Assembly (NCBI GenBank): GCA_021738565.1
Contig: JAIPBT010000005.1
Location: forward strand, 21,508 to 85,507
Direction: 5' to 3'
DNA: 64,000 bases
Origin: Bacteroidales bacterium
Lineage (GTDB): Bacteria; Bacteroidota; Bacteroidia; Bacteroidales; GCA-2748055
Below are positions 59,751-64,000 of the stretch, piece by piece. The translations under genes and the position numbers were made by a program. The notes beneath the pieces were generated by a model. It saw nothing but the letters and a program-made list of their open reading frames with translations, was not told the DNA's origin and made no database searches. How positions within the stretch are numbered: the first letter of the stretch is position 1; every line of letters begins with the position of its first letter.

Positions 59751-59810
59751 ATGTAAAATATTACACAGGTTTTCACGGATTTACAGGAATACTGGCGAAA
59801 AAACTGGCAA
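59751..59810. repeat. B arm copy 3 (orphan, no adjacent tRNA core)
   Basis: atgtaaaatattacacaggttttcacggatttacaggaatactggcgaaaaaactggcaa, 204 nt upstream of the Fic gene. Confidence 0.7.
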
Positions 59811-60013
59811 TTTTTACCAGGTTATTATACATCGGTTAAGGTCCAAATCAGGACAAGCATTAATTCATTGTCTTTTTAATGTCTGGGGGGGGGGATAAAT
59901 CATATTTTAAGGCCAAAATTCTTATAAACATTAAAATGTGTAAATTTTAATGTTTGTTTGTGAGATTGTTGTAATTTTGATGAAAGAATATAAATGAAAT
60001 TAATTATTGACTC

Positions 60014-61144
60014 ATGACAGAATTACTTTACTCAATAAATCCAAACAGAAATGAGCCCTGGAATAAGCTTCCGCCCTTGCCAATTAGAGAGGAACTGTAC
60101 GATACAACAGAGATATTAAGAAAACTGGGAGATGCTAAAGCTGCATTAGGAAAACTATATGGGCGTAGCGCAGTAATTCCAAATCAAGGATTATTAATAA
60201 ATACAATTAGTCTGCAAGAAGCGAAAATTTCAAGTGAAATCGAAAATATATTTACAACCGATGATGAGTTGTATAAAGCATTTAGTGATAAAAACACTGA
60301 ATCAAACAGAGCCTCAAAGGAGGTATTAAGATATAGAGAAGCCCTCTGGTCTGGATACAATTACTTACGAAATACGAAAAAGTTTGATCAGCAATATTTC
60401 ATTAAAGTATTTCAGGAATTTAAGCAATCAAAAGATACGATTAGGCCTGGTTTTGTACAATTAACAATTAAGCAAGGTGGAACAGGACCAGATGCAGGTC
60501 AGGTAATCTATACCCCACCTAGAAATCAGGCAGTAATCCAGGATCGTTTGGAAAACCTTGTAGAATTTGTAAATGATGATGAACAATACAATTTGGATTT
60601 TCTGATTAAGATGGCTATTGCCCATTTTCAATTTGAAGCAATTCATCCATTCAGAGATGGTAATGGCAGAACAGGAAGAATCTTCAATATTAACTATTTA
60701 ACAAATAAGGGGCTGTTAGATGTTCCGATATTATTTCTAAGCAGATATATACTGGATCATAAAAACGATTACTATTCCGGATTGAATGGAGTTTCCCAGA
60801 GAGGTGATTGGAGGAACTGGTTTTTATTTATGTTCAGAGCTATTGAGAGTACTTCAAACCAAACGTTCAACAAGATTAATGATATAGTCGCCTCAAAAGA
60901 GTCTATTCTGGAACACATAAAGAAAGAAGATCCAAAACTCAGAAATCCGGAAGATTTAGTAGGAGCAATATTTACTCAGCCATTAACAAAAGTAAAACAC
61001 CTTACAGACCAAAAAATCTATGCTGAAAATACAGCAAGAGATTATTTAAATAAATTGTGCGATTTTCAAGTACTTGAAAAGAAAGAGATGGGAGGACATC
61101 ATTACTACCTTAACCTTGAATTGTATCGAATTCTGGCTGAATAA
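60014..61144 (+). CDS. Fic-family protein (AMPylase/adenylyltransferase type) with Fic_N and C-terminal wHTH
   Basis: 376 aa. The canonical motif HPFRDGNGRTGR is present (AIHPFRDGNGRTGRIFNINY). Confidence 0.9.
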   Translation: MTELLYSINPNRNEPWNKLPPLPIREELYDTTEILRKLGDAKAALGKLYGRSAVIPNQGLLINTISLQEAKISSEIENIFTTDDELYKAFSDKNTESNRASKEVLRYREALWSGYNYLRNTKKFDQQYFIKVFQEFKQSKDTIRPGFVQLTIKQGGTGPDAGQVIYTPPRNQAVIQDRLENLVEFVNDDEQYNLDFLIKMAIAHFQFEAIHPFRDGNGRTGRIFNINYLTNKGLLDVPILFLSRYILDHKNDYYSGLNGVSQRGDWRNWFLFMFRAIESTSNQTFNKINDIVASKESILEHIKKEDPKLRNPEDLVGAIFTQPLTKVKHLTDQKIYAENTARDYLNKLCDFQVLEKKEMGGHHYYLNLELYRILAE

Positions 61145-61178
61145 TATCTTCATAAATGGCATTTCCCTCCAACCTTTT

Positions 61179-61215
61179 CCTTCAAATCCTGGCAACTAAG
61201 CGGCACCAAAGAAAA
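61179..61215. repeat. F arm copy next to the intact tRNA
   Basis: ccttcaaatcctggcaactaagcggcaccaaagaaaa is about 80% identical to the F arms at 49546 and 51070. It begins 35 nt after the Fic stop. Confidence 0.65.
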
Positions 61216-61230
61216 TATCTAATACAATGA

Positions 61231-61310
61231 ACAGAGTGTGAGGTTGAGAGCGAGAGTGAAGAAAAAAACAGAGCCGTGTTCATCGCTCTCGCTCTTCACA
61301 CTCACTCTGT
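61231..61310 (-). terminator. Long imperfect inverted repeat immediately 3' of tRNA-Met
   Basis: Arms acagagtgtgaggttgagagcgagagt (61231-61257) and cgctctcgctcttcacactcactctgt (61284-61310). The outer 8 bp and inner gagcgagag pair. A and T runs lie adjacent. Confidence 0.4.
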
Positions 61311-61316
61311 TTTTTG

Positions 61317-61390
61317 TGGGCCCAGCTGGGCTCGAACCAGCGACCCCCTGATTATGAGTCAGGTGCTCTGACCAGCTGAGCTATGGGCCC
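61317..61390 (-). tRNA. tRNA with anticodon CAT (elongator Met, or Ile2 if lysidine-modified)
   Basis: The reverse complement is GGGCCCATAGCTCAGCTGGTCAGAGCACCTGACTCATAATCAGGGGGTCGCTGGTTCGAGCCCAGCTGGGCCCA. It folds by hand into a cloverleaf: 7-bp acceptor, GCTC/GAGC D stem, CCTGA/TCAGG anticodon stem, CTCATAA loop, GCTGG/CCAGC T stem, TTCGAGC loop. The G1-C72 pair argues against an initiator. CCA is not encoded. Confidence 0.9.
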
Positions 61391-61424
61391 CAAATATTAC
61401 TTTTCTTCATTCCCAAAGCTCATC

Positions 61425-61545
61425 GAGTCAGGTGCTCTGACCAGTCCCGAAAATCTTGGAAGCTCCGCTTCTGTAGATTTTCGAGGATGCTCGAAAAAGA
61501 ATGAAATCAAAGATTTCTGCTTTTTCGGCACTGAGCTATGGGCCC
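61425..61545 (-). pseudogene. Copy of the 5' 35 nt of tRNA-Met split by an 86-nt insertion in the D loop
   Basis: gagtcaggtgctctgaccag (61425-61444) equals 61356-61375. ctgagctatgggccc (61531-61545) equals 61376-61390. The 86 nt between (61445-61530) form two hairpins: cgaaaatct/agattttcg and cgaaaaag/ctttttcg. There is no 3' half. Confidence 0.8.
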
Positions 61546-61725
61546 TTTATACACCGTAGCCTTGGCGAAGGTGGATTATTATCCTAAACCAAAGTTATGG
61601 CTCCTTAAAATCGGACTGCAATATTACGGATTTTTCCTTAGCTGCACAATACCAGTACCGTCAAAAACCAACCAATAATAAATGAATGTATTGGCACCTC
61701 TGCACAGACGTGGCATACTGCGTCT

Positions 61726-63132
61726 TTATTTCCCCACAGCTATCAACCTCCCTGCTGTCCTGAAAATGATCATATCCTTCGATATTCCCGGTGTAACCAG
61801 CGAAACCTCACCCAACGGGATCCGCTTCAATACCCTGAACTCTTTCCCCACCTGCACCGTATACAATGTTCCCTCCTCGGCAACAAGGTACAGTCTATCT
61901 CCGGCAATGACCGGGGAAGCCACAAAGCTGTAGGGGTGTACCGATTCACTGTAGATCCTTTCCCCGGTACGCGCATTGAAGCAGGTCAGGTTACCGTTCC
62001 ACCTGAACCGGTACAACAGGCTGTCATACACCACCACTGAATTTATGTACGACGCTTCCCTGTCGTAAAACCAGGCAAATGCTTTATCAAATACGGAGTC
62101 ATTGTCGGGATATTGAATTTCACCCCTTGCGTCATTACGAATGGCCATTAATGGTGCATGCCTCCCGTGTGCACTGTTAAAGAAGACAAGGTCCTTCCAG
62201 GTAATGGGAGTTGGTATGGGAATGTCCCCGCCGCCATTGAGTTTCCAGATCTCCTCACCGGTCTCCAGGTCATAGGCCCCGGTATGTTTGTACCCGTTAA
62301 CGGCAATCCTGGGCTGATCTCCATCGAAATAGATGTTGGGAGTGCTCCAGGTGGAAATTTCATCCCGCTCCTGCCTCCACAGGGTTTCCCCTGTTGCAAG
62401 GTCAAGAATTGCTATAAAGGCCTGGTTCAATGCATCGGCCTGAATGATCACTTTGTCACGAAAGATCACGGGCGAACTGCTGAATTCCCATTCTGCCCAT
62501 TCAAACTTGTCCCAGGCAGACCTGATCAGTCCGAAATCCCTTTTCCATAAAAGTTCACCATCGACATTATAGCAATACAACCCTTCAGACCCTATGAATA
62601 CAACGACATGCCTTCCGTCGGTTGCTGCAGTTGTATTCGCATGGGATGATTTCGGATGCCGCTTTACTTTCGGAATTCCCTCGTGAAGGTCTCGTTCCCA
62701 TACAATCTTACCGGACTTTCTTTCGATACGATAGAGCTTCCATGTGTGCAGCGAGGAATCAGCAACCGGTTCGATATCGCCATACATCCCGGTAAGGTAT
62801 CCCTCCTTGTCATCCTCGCTGACCGCTGTGGTGATAAACACCATGTCATCCCATATCGACGGACAGGATAAACCAAGACCGGGAATCTCAATGTTCCACT
62901 TTACGTTGTGACCGGTTTCAATGTTGAAACTGTCGGGCAATTGCGCATCCTTTATATAGCCCGAAGCATAAAATCCACGATAAGAGGGCCATTGTGTATT
63001 GGATTCCATGGCTTCAAACAGGTCCTCTTCAGACTGAATGTCCCCGGCCAATAATGAATTGTTGGAAGATCGTTGCTGACAGGACAGGGTAAACGATGCT
63101 GCCATGAGGCATAGAAATGTTATCCGGTACAT
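61726..63132 (-). CDS. PQQ-like beta-propeller repeat lipoprotein
   Basis: 468 aa. Signal/lipobox FTLSC. Repeated propeller strands: GKIVWERDL, GELLWKRDF, TGETLWRQE, TGEEIWKLN, TGERIYSES. Confidence 0.7.
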   Translation of the reverse strand: MYRITFLCLMAASFTLSCQQRSSNNSLLAGDIQSEEDLFEAMESNTQWPSYRGFYASGYIKDAQLPDSFNIETGHNVKWNIEIPGLGLSCPSIWDDMVFITTAVSEDDKEGYLTGMYGDIEPVADSSLHTWKLYRIERKSGKIVWERDLHEGIPKVKRHPKSSHANTTAATDGRHVVVFIGSEGLYCYNVDGELLWKRDFGLIRSAWDKFEWAEWEFSSSPVIFRDKVIIQADALNQAFIAILDLATGETLWRQERDEISTWSTPNIYFDGDQPRIAVNGYKHTGAYDLETGEEIWKLNGGGDIPIPTPITWKDLVFFNSAHGRHAPLMAIRNDARGEIQYPDNDSVFDKAFAWFYDREASYINSVVVYDSLLYRFRWNGNLTCFNARTGERIYSESVHPYSFVASPVIAGDRLYLVAEEGTLYTVQVGKEFRVLKRIPLGEVSLVTPGISKDMIIFRTAGRLIAVGK

Positions 63133-63189
63133 GTGTTAAGGGTGTTTTTTATTTGAGAACTAAGCTATTAAATATTGAAGCTCAAAACA

Positions 63190-63293
63190 AATGTGGAGAG
63201 ATTTTCTCCTTACCCCCGTTTCCTCTTTATCGTGGAGAGATTGTCTCCTCACCCCTTCACCCCTCTCCACATGGAGAGGGGACGGGGGTGAGG
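63190..63293. repeat. Three tandem REP-like hairpins (GGAGAG...CTCTCC type)
   Basis: gtggagagattttctccttaccc, gtggagagattgtctcctcaccc, and the long hairpin cctcaccccttcacccctctccacatggagaggggacgggggtgagg (63247-63293). Confidence 0.7.
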
Positions 63294-63369
63294 TAAATGG
63301 CAAAGGTCTAAAATAAAGTACATCAGCAACTTAATGAAATATATATTTATATAGCTATAAAAATATATA

Positions 63370-63829
63370 TTTCAAGAGCCAGGAGCCAGGGGGGCCAATT
63401 CGTCAGTGAGACGGTGCGACAGTGCGGTAATGAGCGGTCCCTCGGCAGGCTCGGTACTGTGCTCAGGAACCGGGGAGACTGGGAAAGAAAGCTGTTTCAC
63501 AAAGGACCACGGAGGAATGTCGAATGTCGAATGTCGAAGTAAATACAAAAGCAACCAAACCGGATCGTCGGTGCGGAAGTTCGACAGTGCGTCAGTAAAT
63601 GATCAACTGAATTGGCTGTATAGTATTAAAAATACCGCAATACTGCATCACTGCATCACCGCAACACAGACAATCCGTTCGACAGTGAGACAGTATATGA
63701 TCAACGGAATTGGCCCTCCATCGTCTCACCGTCTCACTGCCTCCCCGTCCCCCTTTGTCCTCCGTAGCCTTGGCGAAGGAGGACCGTCCTCCTTAAAAAA
63801 ACTTGAGATTAGACGGCAAATGGGTGGGG
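63370..63829. repeat. Non-coding block of interspersed short direct and inverted repeats
   Basis: Recurring cgacagtgMg / gagacRgt / gatcaacKgaattggc units (for example 63393-63430, 63585-63620, 63690-63745). Tandem aatgtcg x3 at 63518-63538. Palindrome aggaggaccgtcctcct. Confidence 0.55.
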
Positions 63830-64000
63830 TCAGATCCCCGCCACAAATCCAAATGACAACCTGCCGAATTGATCAGCCGGATCAGTGAACACCTGCGTGT
63901 ACTCAAGCCCCAGCCTTACATTGCGCCGCAACAGGTATCCAAGATGAACGGTCGCCGAATGATAGTCTGCAGGATCAAAATCCGACTCAACCCGGTTGTA
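63830..64000 (-). CDS. 3' end of an unidentified gene (5' part beyond the window end)
   Basis: The minus-strand frame open to the window edge reads YNRVESDFDPADYHSATVHLGYLLRRNVRLGLEYTQVFTDPADQFGRLSFGFVAGI*. The alternating pattern suggests beta-barrel strands. Stop at 63832-63830. Confidence 0.35.
   Translation of the reverse strand, partial: YNRVESDFDPADYHSATVHLGYLLRRNVRLGLEYTQVFTDPADQFGRLSFGFVAGI

Noticed and set aside
63406-63888. 160-aa plus-strand ORF, with ORFs at 49263..49502, 49322..49507 and 39930..40229
   Set aside because: They lie in GC-rich repeat/hairpin blocks and encode low-complexity Pro/Arg/Ser/Gly strings. They have no start context or motif.
1-64000. Search for an integrase or recombinase that could explain the tRNA-linked junctions
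   Set aside because: None of the listed ORFs of 60 aa or more shows tyrosine-recombinase (R..HxxR..Y) or serine-recombinase hallmarks by eye. Absence in this window is reported, but a gene outside the window cannot be excluded.

Overview
The window looks like a Bacteroidota chromosome segment: SusC-type receptor, hybrid two-component regulator, T9SS sorting domain, lipoprotein signals and many exported glycan enzymes.

1-16.5 kb: part of a polysaccharide-utilisation locus on the minus strand (cytoplasmic GH130 phosphorylase, MFS transporter, unnamed lipoprotein, SusC). It also holds a large T9SS-secreted paralog of that lipoprotein, an AraC-type hybrid sensor kinase, an ECF sigma/anti-sigma pair and a clan GH-A enzyme.

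16.6-24 kb: small accessory genes (DUF2975/YozG pair, YwqK/TonB-C protein, PQQ-like propeller, two glycosidase-like genes, DUF1080).

24.7-48.7 kb: mostly exported carbohydrate-active or orphan enzymes (GH-A, pyruvyl-transferase-like, 743-aa orphan, CBM9/DUF5916, GT-C membrane protein, BNR propeller, nucleoside-hydrolase-like, GH109-like, GH38-like, GH9), interrupted by an XRE regulator and an IS4-family element.

49-61.4 kb: a decayed accessory island ending at a tRNA-Met(CAT) gene. It carries an AAA ATPase, AbiE remnants, a ParB-like/PRiA4_ORF3 gene overlapping a SWIM-SNF2 helicase gene, a membrane PP2C phosphatase, an IS200 element with a nonsense-mutated tnpA, and Fic.

The most unusual signal is non-coding. 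A composite junction recurs five times between 24.4 and 61.4 kb: an F arm, a copy of the tRNA-Met anticodon-loop-to-T-loop segment, and a B arm. These junctions cut the region into units, two of which hold a single gene. I see no recombinase gene in the window. A 5' half copy of the tRNA with an 86-nt insertion lies just upstream of the tRNA.

All family assignments come from reading motifs by eye; no searches were run.
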